From: an uncultured delta proteobacterium
GTDB lineage: Bacteria; Myxococcota; UBA727; VGSZ01
NCBI GenBank assembly: GCA_963775425.1
Contig: CAVZJB010000011.1
Span: 224,001-288,000, forward strand
Direction of reading: 5' to 3'
DNA: 64,000 nucleotides
The notes beneath the pieces were generated by a model that was not told where the DNA came from, did not search any database, and was given only the letters and a program-made list of their open reading frames with translations. Below, piece after piece: positions 39,389 to 51,551 of this stretch; positions within the stretch are counted from its first letter, which is position 1; the number at the start of each line of letters is the position of its first letter. The translations under genes were made by a program, and so were the position numbers.

Positions 39389-41355
39389 TGCGCCTCGAGC
39401 ATCTTCAGGAAGTCCGTCTCCGAAATGATCTGGAGCTTGGAGCCCTTGGCCACGAGCTTGTCGGCGGACTTGTGCTTGGAGCTCTTCTCGCCGCCACCGA
39501 GGAGCGGCGAGCCCTCGTCGCCGATGACGAGGTAGTCGAGCTCGGCGGACACCCCCGACGGCGTCTTGCCGCCCACGGCCTGCACGCGCTTCTGCGCGGT
39601 CTTTCGATCCATCTGGGCCATGCCGCCGGTGAACACCACGCTCCTGCCGAACAGCGCGTTGCCGGTGTCCTTCACCTTCTCCGGCTCGACGATGGTGACC
39701 TCCTTCAAGAGCTCGTCGATCACGTGGGCGCTCTCTTTCAACCCGGTGACGATGGCGTCGGCGGTCTCGTCGCCGATGCCGTCGCTGCCGGTGAGGTCGC
39801 CGGCGGTGCAGGTGCGCAACTTGTCGAGCGACTTGAACGTCGACGCCAGCTTCTCCGCGGCCGTGGCCCCGATGCGCTCGACGCCGATGGCCTCGAGGAA
39901 CATCGCGAGGGTGAGCTTGCGCTTCTGCTCCATGGCGTCGATGAGCGTCTTCGCCGACTTGTCTCCCATGCGCTCGAGCGAGGCGACCTTCTTGGCGTCG
40001 AGCCGGTAGAGATCCGCGGGGCTCTTCACCATGGCGGCCTCGAAGAGCTGGTTGACGATCTTCTCGCCGAAGCCCTTGGCGTCGACGACGGCGGCGAAGT
40101 GGCGCACGCGATCGACCACGACCTCGGGCACCGTCTCCGGATCGTCGACGTAGAGGAAGTCGCCGTCGAGGTGGACCTTGGTGTTGCCGCCGGGGACCTT
40201 CCACGACGTCGGGAAGCGGATGGGCTCGTCGGGCTTGCTGAGCACGCGCTCCACGTGCGGGATGACGCCGCCGCGGCGCACCACCTCGACGCGGGCGCCT
40301 TTGCCGACGCCGAGCTTCTTGGCGTAGCCGGCGTTGTGGAGGCTCACGCGGGTGACGGTGACGCCGGAGACGAAGATGGGCTCGATGATGGCCACGGGGT
40401 TCACCGAGCCCGTCCGCGCGATGCTCCACTCGATGTCCTTCACCGTGGTCTGCGCGCTCTCCCCCTGGAACTTGTAGGCGATGGCGTTGCGCGGGTGGTG
40501 CGCGGTGACCCCGAGCCGCGTGGCCTCCGAGGAGAGGTCGGCCTTGAACACGACGCCGTCGGTCTCGGTGTCGAGCTTCTTGCACTCTTCGACGAGCTTC
40601 TTGAACCCGTCGGGCAGCGCGTCTTTGTCGTCGAGCACGTGGAACGGCAGGATGGGGAACCCGAGCTTGTCGAGCCGCTCGAGCTTGGCGTGCTCGGACT
40701 TTTCGCCGCCGCCGAGGAGGTCGTAGGCGAAGAAGCTCAAGCCGTAGGCGGCGCTCTCCTTCGGGTCCTTGGTCTTGATGGCGCCGGCGGCGAGGTTCCT
40801 CGGGTTGGCCTTGTCGCCCTTGTAGTGCTTGTTGAAGCGCGACAGGCGCATGTAGACCTCGCCGCGCACCTCGAGCTCGTCGCCGTGGTTCTTGATGGTG
40901 TGCGGGATGTCTTTGACGCCGCGCACGTTGGCCGTGATGTTGTCGCCGATCTTCCCGTCGCCGCGGGTGGCGGCGAGCTTGAGCCTGCCCTTGTCGTCGT
41001 AGCGGATGGAGCAGGCGAGCCCGTCGATCTTGGGGCTCATGATGAAGCCGCCCTTGATGCCCGCGGCCCACTTGAGGAGCGTGTCGTCGTCGTAGCACTT
41101 GTCGAGCGAGAGCATGGGGCGCTCGTGCTTGACGTCGCCGAAGGCGCGCGACTCGCCGAGCTCCTCGAGCACCTTGCTCTGCGGGCGTGTCTTTTTGAGC
41201 GCCTCGACGAGCTTGTCGTAGGTGGGGTCGTCGATCTCGGGGGCGGCTTCGTCCCAGTAGAGCTTGTTGTGGTAGCGGACCAGCTTCTCGAGCTCGTCGG
41301 CGTCGAGCTTGGGCATGCGATCGAGGAGCTTCTTCGAGGCTTCGGCGACGGTCAC
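39385..41355 (-). CDS. ligA: NAD-dependent DNA ligase
   Basis: HERPMLSL, SPKIDG (adenylated Lys), ATRGDG, EVRGEV, NPRNLAAG, DGVVFK, AYKF, HhH repeats, BRCT VVFTG. Confidence 0.96.
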   Translation of the reverse strand: MTVAEASKKLLDRMPKLDADELEKLVRYHNKLYWDEAAPEIDDPTYDKLVEALKKTRPQSKVLEELGESRAFGDVKHERPMLSLDKCYDDDTLLKWAAGIKGGFIMSPKIDGLACSIRYDDKGRLKLAATRGDGKIGDNITANVRGVKDIPHTIKNHGDELEVRGEVYMRLSRFNKHYKGDKANPRNLAAGAIKTKDPKESAAYGLSFFAYDLLGGGEKSEHAKLERLDKLGFPILPFHVLDDKDALPDGFKKLVEECKKLDTETDGVVFKADLSSEATRLGVTAHHPRNAIAYKFQGESAQTTVKDIEWSIARTGSVNPVAIIEPIFVSGVTVTRVSLHNAGYAKKLGVGKGARVEVVRRGGVIPHVERVLSKPDEPIRFPTSWKVPGGNTKVHLDGDFLYVDDPETVPEVVVDRVRHFAAVVDAKGFGEKIVNQLFEAAMVKSPADLYRLDAKKVASLERMGDKSAKTLIDAMEQKRKLTLAMFLEAIGVERIGATAAEKLASTFKSLDKLRTCTAGDLTGSDGIGDETADAIVTGLKESAHVIDELLKEVTIVEPEKVKDTGNALFGRSVVFTGGMAQMDRKTAQKRVQAVGGKTPSGVSAELDYLVIGDEGSPLLGGGEKSSKHKSADKLVAKGSKLQIISETDFLKMLEAQ

Positions 41356-41449
41356 GGATCACCCCGGCGTTTGGCGGCGCATCGTTACAGACGTCGCCCG
41401 CCAGTGGAAGCCTGCTCCAGCCGGTTCCGCCCCGTCTCGCTCGTCACGC

Positions 41450-44353
<2,904 letters not shown>

Positions 44354-44423
44354 GGACCGAGCGTACCGCAGCCGTGGCCGCCGCCGGCGGCGCGGGTCGT
44401 TGCGGCACCGACGAACGCGCGCG

Positions 44424-45461
44424 TCACGGGGCCGGGTCGATGATCGACGGGGCGGCGAGCACGCGGTCCTCGAGGCGGGCGGCGAGCGCTTCGGCGCCGA
44501 TGCGCGTCGTCCCCGCAGGGCACGCGCCGAGCCGGACGCCGATCAGGGCGAGCAAGGCGGCGCCGTCGAGGCCGCGGGCGAAGAGCGTCCGCAGCGAGTG
44601 CGGCGACGTGCCGTTGCGCTTGCTGACACGGTTGCCGGCGGCGTCGAGCCACAGGGGCACGTGCGCGAACGCCGGCGGCGTCCGGCCGAGCGCATGAAAG
44701 AGCTGCACCTGGCGCGGCGCCGACGACAGGAGGTCGCGCCCCCGCACCACCTCGGTGATCTCCTGAAGCGCGTCGTCGACGACGACGGCGAGCTGGTAGG
44801 CGACGAGGCCGTCCTTGCGGCGCACGACGAAGTCGCCGACGGCGGCCGCCACGTCCTGCTCGACGCGGCCTTGCAGCACGTCGTCGACGACCACCACCCC
44901 GGGCGGCACGCGGAAGCGCCACGCGACGGGGAGCTGGGGGTCGTCGAAGGGCAGGCGCAGGTCGCGGCAGGTGCCGGGGTAGGGCGGGCCCTCCTCGCCC
45001 TCGTGCGGTGCCGACGCCGCGCGCAGCAGGTCCTTGCGCGAGCAGCGGCACGCGTACAGGAGCCCGGCCTCGCGCAATTGCAAGAGCGCCGCTTGGTAGC
45101 GGTCCGGGTGCCGCGACTGTACGAGCACGCCGCGCGCCTCGAGGTCGTCGAGGGCGCGCTCCTCGCGAGCCTGCTCGGCACCGGGCGCCGGCGCACCGTC
45201 GTCGCGCGGCGCGCCGTCGTCGTGGGACGCCGCCAGCGACGGATCAGCGTCGAACGAGAGCCCGAGCGCCGCGAGGTCCGTGGCGATGCGCGCCGCGGCG
45301 CCGGCGACGACGCGCGGGCGATCGAGGTCCTCCATGCGCAGCAGGCACCGCCCACCGGCGCGGCGCGCGCGGGCCCAGGCGCAGACGGCCGCGAGCGCGT
45401 TTCCGAGGTGGAGGTCACCGGTCGGGGAGGGCGCGTAGCGTCCGAGGTACGTCGTCGTCAC
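44424..45461 (-). CDS. gluQ: Glutamyl-Q tRNA(Asp) synthetase
   Basis: RYAPSPTGDLHLGN, LRMEDLD, YACRCSR, YPGTCR, AYQLAVVVDD, RGRDL, VSKR; no anticodon-binding domain. Confidence 0.9.
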   Translation of the reverse strand: MTTTYLGRYAPSPTGDLHLGNALAAVCAWARARRAGGRCLLRMEDLDRPRVVAGAAARIATDLAALGLSFDADPSLAASHDDGAPRDDGAPAPGAEQAREERALDDLEARGVLVQSRHPDRYQAALLQLREAGLLYACRCSRKDLLRAASAPHEGEEGPPYPGTCRDLRLPFDDPQLPVAWRFRVPPGVVVVDDVLQGRVEQDVAAAVGDFVVRRKDGLVAYQLAVVVDDALQEITEVVRGRDLLSSAPRQVQLFHALGRTPPAFAHVPLWLDAAGNRVSKRNGTSPHSLRTLFARGLDGAALLALIGVRLGACPAGTTRIGAEALAARLEDRVLAAPSIIDPAP

Positions 45462-46885
45462 GGGCAGAGCGGGCGCAGGGCGACGTCGTCGACGACGGCG
45501 GTGTCGGCGGTGGGCTGGAAGCTGGCGACGCCGATGTTGATGCGGGCGCCGTCGAGGGGCACGGTGATCGGCGCGCGCAATTGCTCGCTCCAGGCGGCGC
45601 CGTCGGCGGAGGTCTCGAACACGAGCTCGCCGGCGAAGCGCAGCCGCAAGAAGCGATGCGCGACGAGGTCGAAGGGGACGTCGGTGTGGGCGCCGCCGCC
45701 CGTGTGCATCTCGAGCGTGCTCTGCCCGAGGATCTGGAAGCCGACGACGCGATCGGGCGTCCGCCCCGCCAGCGCGTACAGCACCATGGGGCTGGCCGAC
45801 GGCGGCGGCGCCACCACCTCGAGCTCGAGGCTCTTCTGGCTCAAGTCGAAGCGCGGGCCCGTCTGCGCCCCGGCGTCGCCCGTGACGAGCGCGGGCGGGT
45901 GGAGCGACAGGTGGCCCGCGACGACGTCGACGCCCGCGCCAGGGTCGGCGTACGACTCGTCCCAGGCGGCGCTGTCGAGGCCGCCGGTGTCGAAGGCGTC
46001 GGTGAAGACGGGGTCGCACGCGGTGCACGCCTCGTCCGCCAGCGTGACGTCGTCCCACTCGACGACGTGGGCGTCCGTGAGGCTCCCCTGAAAGCCCGCC
46101 GACGCCACCACCCGCGGCTGCGAGGCGAGGAAGTCGGCGTCGGCGCTCGCCCCGCCGAGCGGCGTGAAGCTGACGCCGTCGTTGGACGACTCGTAGAGGA
46201 CGGCGCCGTCCGGGTGCACGTGAAAGCGCAGCGTCGTCGGTTTGGCCGGCGCCGCCGCGAGGGTGGTGGTCGCGCCGCCGGCGACGGCGTCGATGGCGCC
46301 GCCTTCGACGATGAAGCCGGTCTGGGCACCGGACTCGTTTTCGAGGAGGAGGAAGGCGAGCACGGCGGGGTCGTCCGGCGGGGTCACCAGGCGGGCGGTG
46401 AGCATGCGCCCGGGCGCCGTCACCGGCGCCGACTTGATGCCGGCGAACCCCTGGCCGTCGCCCTGCATCTGTTCGTGGAGGCGCTCCCCGGTGACGGTGA
46501 GGCCGGTCCCGGGGTCCTCGAAGCCCTGCGGCCAACGCGTGGCGTCGACGCCGGCGCCGTCGAAGTGGTCGAGGAGGACCGCGCACTGCGCGGGCTCGCC
46601 TTCGCCCTCGCCCTCGCCTTCGCCTTCGCCTTCGCCCTCGCCCTCTCCTTCGCCTTCACCCTCGCCCTCTCCTTCGCCCTCGCCTTCGCCCTCGCCTTCG
46701 CCCTCGCCTTCGCCTTCGCCTTCGCCCTCGCCTTCCCCGCCGACGACGACGGCGAGCCGGCAGAGACCTTCGGCGCACACCTCGTCGTCGCGGCAGTCGG
46801 AGTCGGCGTTGCAGGTGCGCGCCGGCGAGGGGCAGCCGCCGGCGGCGAGCACGGCGAGCACGGCGAGGGCGGCGAGCGCGCGCAT
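45458..46885 (-). CDS. Lipoprotein: Cys-rich module, (GE)n linker, two beta-sandwich-like repeats
   Basis: Lipobox AGGC; CNADSDCRDDEVCAEGLC; duplicated D.F...D...W / LRF..(Y/F)E(S/T)S.DG..(F/W) / DDV.L. Confidence 0.8.
   Translation of the reverse strand: MRALAALAVLAVLAAGGCPSPARTCNADSDCRDDEVCAEGLCRLAVVVGGEGEGEGEGEGEGEGEGEGEGEGEGEGEGEGEGEGEGEGEGEGEGEGEPAQCAVLLDHFDGAGVDATRWPQGFEDPGTGLTVTGERLHEQMQGDGQGFAGIKSAPVTAPGRMLTARLVTPPDDPAVLAFLLLENESGAQTGFIVEGGAIDAVAGGATTTLAAAPAKPTTLRFHVHPDGAVLYESSNDGVSFTPLGGASADADFLASQPRVVASAGFQGSLTDAHVVEWDDVTLADEACTACDPVFTDAFDTGGLDSAAWDESYADPGAGVDVVAGHLSLHPPALVTGDAGAQTGPRFDLSQKSLELEVVAPPPSASPMVLYALAGRTPDRVVGFQILGQSTLEMHTGGGAHTDVPFDLVAHRFLRLRFAGELVFETSADGAAWSEQLRAPITVPLDGARINIGVASFQPTADTAVVDDVALRPLCP
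46595..46738 (-). repeat. 6-bp microsatellite encoding (GE)~24
   Basis: CTCGCC/TTCGCC units on the + strand. Confidence 0.92.
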
Positions 46886-46985
46886 CCGCCGAGCGTAGCC
46901 CACGCGGCGGGCGGCCCGCGCCGGCGAACAGGTGCGGGACCGTCGATCCGCGCGGCGCAACGACCGGCGGGAGCGGCCGCGCGGA

Positions 46986-48383
46986 TCAGTAGCCGCGGAA
47001 GAAGTGTGCGCTCGCCTCGTCCTCGTCGTCGGGGACGAGGATGACGGCCTCCTGCGGCTGCACCTCGATGTGCAGCGAGCCCGAGCGCACCCGGGTGCGG
47101 CGGCCGGCGAGCACGTCCTTCAACAGCAGGCCGTCGACGAGGTCGGAGATGGGCGAGAAGAGCTTGCGCGTCTGCGGGCGATCGCTGCGGTTGACGACGA
47201 CGATGGTGGTCTCGCGTGGGTCGGCCGTGACGCGGGCGAAGGCGAAGACCTCCCACTCGCCCTCGGGCGTCATGTCGACGAGCTCGCCGGTGCGCAGCGC
47301 CGCGCGGCGCCGGCGCAGGGTGCCGAGCTGCCGGTGGAGCGCGAGGGTGTCGGCGTTCCACGTCGACGGGTCCCACGACATCGGCGCCGTCGCCGGCACC
47401 GCGTGGCCCATCGCGAGCCCGATCTCCTCGCCGAACAGCACATGCGCGGCGCCCGGCAGCGTGTAGCCGAGCAGGGTGGCCAAGCGCACGCGCGCGGCGC
47501 GCACCTTGCCGGTCTCGGCGCCGAGGAGCGTGGGCAGCCGCGGTGTGTCGTGGCCCGACAGGAGGTTCCACGAGCGCGACAGCGACTTGTCGTAGGCGCC
47601 TTGCAGGTCGCGTTGCACGCGCGCGAGCTGGCGCGCGGGGATGTCGCCCTTCAAGAACGCAAGCACCGCCTCGCGCCCGTAGTGATTCACCACCGCGTCG
47701 AGGAGGCCGTCACGTTGGTAGCGGTCCGCGAAGCCCTTGATGTCGCCCACGAGGAAGTGGCTGCCCTCGATGTTCCGCGAGCCGCGCTGCAGCTCGCGCA
47801 GGATGGAGTAGCCCACCTGCTCCGCGCGCAGGATGCGCCAGCCGGACGCGCCGGCGCGCATCCAGCGGTGGAGCACGCTCTCGTCGCCGGTGAACATGCG
47901 CCGTCGCACCTCGCCGTCGCGCAGGTCGAGCTCGGGCTCGGACGCGGAGCCGTCGCGGCAGGCGTAGCCGGTGCGGTACGCGGGGTCGAAGGTGAAGAAG
48001 GCGCGGGTGCGCTCCTCGGGCGGGAAGCGCGCGTCGTCGTCGAGCTGCTCCTTGGCCGCCTGGAACCACGGGTGGTTCGCGCTCACGTGATCGAAGACGC
48101 CCATGAGCGTGACGCTGATGCCGCGCTCGAGCGCCGCCGCGCAGAGTTGCTCGAGGTCCTCCTCGGTGCCGAGCCGCGGGTCGACCTGGTCGAAGTCCGT
48201 GGTGTGCATGCGCAGCTCGTCGTCGCCCGGGAACAGCGGCGTCAGCGCGATGCCGTCGATGCCGAGGCTGGCGATGTGATCGAGCTTGTCGCGGATGGCG
48301 AGGAGCGGCTTGTCGCTCCCGGGCACGAAGTGGTCCGGGATGATCTCGTAGACGTGCGTGGGGCAGCGAAGCTTGAACGACAT
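46986..48383 (-). CDS. GH13 alpha-amylase/neopullulanase-like protein with degenerate active site
   Basis: VYEIIPDHF, KLDHIASLGIDGIALTP, DFDQVDPRLGT, HPWF, GHDTPR, TLPG..FGEEIG. Confidence 0.85.
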   Translation of the reverse strand: MSFKLRCPTHVYEIIPDHFVPGSDKPLLAIRDKLDHIASLGIDGIALTPLFPGDDELRMHTTDFDQVDPRLGTEEDLEQLCAAALERGISVTLMGVFDHVSANHPWFQAAKEQLDDDARFPPEERTRAFFTFDPAYRTGYACRDGSASEPELDLRDGEVRRRMFTGDESVLHRWMRAGASGWRILRAEQVGYSILRELQRGSRNIEGSHFLVGDIKGFADRYQRDGLLDAVVNHYGREAVLAFLKGDIPARQLARVQRDLQGAYDKSLSRSWNLLSGHDTPRLPTLLGAETGKVRAARVRLATLLGYTLPGAAHVLFGEEIGLAMGHAVPATAPMSWDPSTWNADTLALHRQLGTLRRRRAALRTGELVDMTPEGEWEVFAFARVTADPRETTIVVVNRSDRPQTRKLFSPISDLVDGLLLKDVLAGRRTRVRSGSLHIEVQPQEAVILVPDDEDEASAHFFRGY

Positions 48384-48784
48384 GGCGCGGTCTGTCGGGG
48401 CGTATCGCCACGACGACGCGGATGCAAGCCGCGTATCCGCGCGTCATCGAGAGCGCCGCGAGTGGCGACGAGGGATTCGAGCCACCCGGAAGGGGCCGGT
48501 GCTACGGCCACACGGCGGAGCGGAAAGGAGCTCCGAGCTCGGCGACGAAGACGCGCGCCGAGTTGAGCGCCGGGGCGCCGAGCTCTCCGCTCCTTTCCGC
48601 TCCGGCGGTGGCGACGTTGTCTAGCCTTCGCTGATTCCGAGCGCCCAAGCTGAAGACCCAGGCCGTGGACGACCTCATCGGCCCCGAGCACCCGGCTCGC
48701 CTGATCGACCTGTGCTCGGTGGGCTCGACGCCAAGGCCGTGCAGTTTGGCGGTGGGCGCCCGATTACGAGCCCGCGGATGCTCC
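48384..48784. other. Highly structured intergenic region (several hairpins)
   Basis: Perfect 15-bp and 10-bp inverted repeats within 48517-48603; further stems at 48417-48441, 48684-48719 and 48721-48773. Confidence 0.6.
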
Positions 48785-49912
48785 TCAGGCGAGGACGGCC
48801 CGGGCGACGCGGTCGGCGAAGCGGGCGCCCTTCGACGTGAGGCGGGCGCGGTCGCCGTCGATGATGAGGTCGCCGGCGGCGGCGGCGGCGTCGAGGGCGG
48901 CGCGCACGTCGTCGAGGACGCGGGCGCCGGCGGGCACGGCGTGGCGGCGCGCGAGGGCGGCGAGGTCGACGCCGGCGGCGAGATCGCGCAGCCCGAACGC
49001 CACCGCCTCGCGGAGCGCGTGCGCCGGCTCGAGCTCCTCGACGTCGATCGCCGCGCGCAGCGGATCCATCACCCACGCGTCGAAGCGCGCGGTGGTCTGG
49101 CGGCGGCGCACACGCCCGTCGTCGAGGCGGCGCATCGAGTGTGCGCTCGGGCCCACCCCGAGGTAGGTGCCGCCCTGCCAATAGACGCGGTTGTGGCGGC
49201 TCTCCTCGCCGGGTCGCGCGTACGACGACACCTCGTACTGCGCATACCCCGCCGCGGTGAGCCGGCGCTGTACGTCCTCGTACGCCATCGCCTGCACGTC
49301 GTCGTCGACCGCCTCGCGTTGCTTGCGCGCGATGAGCTGGACGAGCGGCGTGCCGGCCTCCACGGTGAGCAGGTACGCGCTGACGTGCCCGACGCCGAGC
49401 GCGACGCACGTCTCGACGTCACGCGCGAGCCTGTCGTGGCGCTCGCCAGGCACACCGACGATGAGGTCGACGCCGACGCGCCGCCCGGTGCGCACGTACG
49501 CGGCGACGGCGTCGCGGGCGCGCTTGCCGTCGTGGGCGCGGCCGAGCCACGCGAGCACGTCGTCGTCAAAGCTCTGCACGCCGAGGCTCACGCGCGTGAA
49601 GCCCGCCGGCGCCACGTCGTCCTCGGGGTTCACCTCCAACGAGATCTCCGCGTCCGCGGCCAGGCCGAGCGCGCGTGCTTCCTCGACGAGGCGCGCGAGA
49701 TCTGCCTCCCGCAGCGACGACGGCGTGCCTCCTCCCAGCGACAACGACGACGGCGCCGAGGGCAGCTCCGCCCAGCGCCCGCGCAGCTCCGCGGCCACGG
49801 CGTCGACGAAGCGGGGATCGGCCGCGCGGACTTCGAAAGCGAAATCGCAGTACGGGCAGCGACGTCGACAAAACGGGACGTGTACATAGACGCCGCAGGG
49901 GTCCGTGCGCAT
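48785..49912 (-). CDS. hemW: Radical SAM heme chaperone HemW
   Basis: VYVHVPFCRRRCPYCDF, GGGTPS, SLGVQSF, YEVSSY, HNRVYW (HNxxYW). Confidence 0.88.
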   Translation of the reverse strand: MRTDPCGVYVHVPFCRRRCPYCDFAFEVRAADPRFVDAVAAELRGRWAELPSAPSSLSLGGGTPSSLREADLARLVEEARALGLAADAEISLEVNPEDDVAPAGFTRVSLGVQSFDDDVLAWLGRAHDGKRARDAVAAYVRTGRRVGVDLIVGVPGERHDRLARDVETCVALGVGHVSAYLLTVEAGTPLVQLIARKQREAVDDDVQAMAYEDVQRRLTAAGYAQYEVSSYARPGEESRHNRVYWQGGTYLGVGPSAHSMRRLDDGRVRRRQTTARFDAWVMDPLRAAIDVEELEPAHALREAVAFGLRDLAAGVDLAALARRHAVPAGARVLDDVRAALDAAAAAGDLIIDGDRARLTSKGARFADRVARAVLA

Positions 49913-49917
49913 GTTGT

Positions 49918-50487
49918 TCACGAACGAGGAATGTCGTCGGGGCCTGCCCGGCGCAGCCGTCCCGTCTCGTCCAGGTCCAGATCCGGGCTCGGTTGGGGGG
50001 AGTTGGGCCATTGCGGCCACACCTCGCGGATCTGGCGAAGGGCGAAACGATGATCATCGGGCGAGGTCGCACACACACACGGGTCGGGCACGACGACCTG
50101 AAAGCCGCGCGCCACGGCGTCGGCGGCCGTGAGCAGAACGGAGGTGTGCGTCTCGAGGCCGGTGATCGTGAGCCGGCGAACCTTGAGCTCGCGGAGGGTG
50201 TCTCCGAGGTCGGTGTCGAAGAACGCCGAAGGGGCGCTCTTCCACATGACGCGCTCGTCGGATTGGGGCGTGAGCTCTTGAATGATCTGGGGCGGCTCGG
50301 CGCCCCGGCCGGTCAGCACGTCGGGGGCGGTGCAGGCAAAGATCACCGGTCGGCCGCGCTCCCGGAAGTACCGGAGCTCGCCTTGCACGTAGCGAACGAT
50401 GCTCATGGCGCCGGGCACGGCCCGCGGACCGTCGAGGCGGTCGACGACCATGTCGAGGATCAGCAACGCCCTGTCGGATTCGGCCAA
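49918..50487 (-). CDS. Isochorismatase/cysteine-hydrolase family protein
   Basis: ALLILDM, RPVIF, KSAPSAFFDTDL..LREL, TGLETHTSV..TAADA..RGF; TTG start assumed. Confidence 0.82.
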   Translation of the reverse strand: MAESDRALLILDMVVDRLDGPRAVPGAMSIVRYVQGELRYFRERGRPVIFACTAPDVLTGRGAEPPQIIQELTPQSDERVMWKSAPSAFFDTDLGDTLRELKVRRLTITGLETHTSVLLTAADAVARGFQVVVPDPCVCATSPDDHRFALRQIREVWPQWPNSPQPSPDLDLDETGRLRRAGPDDIPRS

Positions 50488-50592
50488 GGAAGGAAATCCA
50501 ATCGCTCTGTGGAGCGTTCTTTCCGGAAGGAGAGTCGATCCGCAACCCCTGGGGGGCGCGTGCATCCAACGAAGGATCATCAGGAGGTCCCG

Positions 50593-51525
50593 ATGACGAA
50601 GAAGACACAAGGCCTCCCCGCCGCCGAGCGAGAGGAGACACACATCCTCACGCAGCACCCGCTGCGCGCACGCCGCCGTCCCGGACCTCCGGGGGCGGAT
50701 GCCAAGCCACGCCCCGACCAGGAGCTGGAAGACGCCATCCGTGTGCTCGAGCTCATCGAGCAAGGCGTGCTCCCGCACGACGCGCCGCCGCCGCTGCCGG
50801 TCAAGGTGGACGCCGCGGGCAAGCCCCGCCGCCGCCTCACCGCCGAAGACGAACGGGCTTTGGCGGAGCGCATCCAGACCTGGGGCGATGTCGACGCGAG
50901 AAACGCCCTCGTGCTCGCCAACCTCGGCCTGGTCCACCTCGTCGCCAACCAGATGCGACGCGCGGGCGTTCGCTACGAGGACCTCGTGCAGGAGGGAACC
51001 CTCGGTCTGCTCCGCGCCACGGAGACCTTCGAGCCCGATCGCAACGTGCGGTTCTCCACGTACTGCGTGTACTGGATCCGCGCGAAGATCCAGCGCTACC
51101 TCCAGCGCCTCGATCGCGACGACACCCCCGCCATCGCCGGCGCCGAGATGGAGACGCTCGCCGGCGGCCGCCGCCGTCGCCCGCGCGCCCGCTCGGTGTC
51201 CATCGACACGCCGCTCGACGAGGACGACGACCGCTCGATGGGCGACGTGCTCACCGACCACGGCGAGGACCCGGAGGACGCCACGCTGCGCTTCGAGCGC
51301 GACCACGCCGTCGCCGAGGTGCTCGAGAACATCTGCGAGGAGATCGGCGATCCCCGCTTGAAGACCATCATCGAAAAGCGGCTGCTCTCCGACGAGCCCG
51401 AGACCCTCGCCGCCCTCGGCGATCGCCTGAACCTCTCTCGCGAAGGCGCCCGCCTCCTCGAGAACAAGGTCCTGAAGCTCGCCCGCCAGCGGCTGCACGA
51501 CTTCCGCGAGCTGCCCGCGGACTGA
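50593..51525 (+). CDS. Group 3 sigma-70 factor (RpoH/SigB-like)
   Basis: AGGAGG SD; LVLANLGLV, DLVQEGTLGL, FSTYCVYWIRA, SIDTPL, TLAALG..LSREGARLLE. Confidence 0.9.
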   Translation: MTKKTQGLPAAEREETHILTQHPLRARRRPGPPGADAKPRPDQELEDAIRVLELIEQGVLPHDAPPPLPVKVDAAGKPRRRLTAEDERALAERIQTWGDVDARNALVLANLGLVHLVANQMRRAGVRYEDLVQEGTLGLLRATETFEPDRNVRFSTYCVYWIRAKIQRYLQRLDRDDTPAIAGAEMETLAGGRRRRPRARSVSIDTPLDEDDDRSMGDVLTDHGEDPEDATLRFERDHAVAEVLENICEEIGDPRLKTIIEKRLLSDEPETLAALGDRLNLSREGARLLENKVLKLARQRLHDFRELPAD

Positions 51526-51551
51526 TCAACTGATCGGATGCGCGACGGCCC

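Noticed and set aside
48462-48486. tRNA-like 3' end on the minus strand (GGCTCGAATCCCTCGTCGCCA)
   Set aside because: T-loop is imperfect, and no matching acceptor, D or anticodon arm could be built; no integrase nearby
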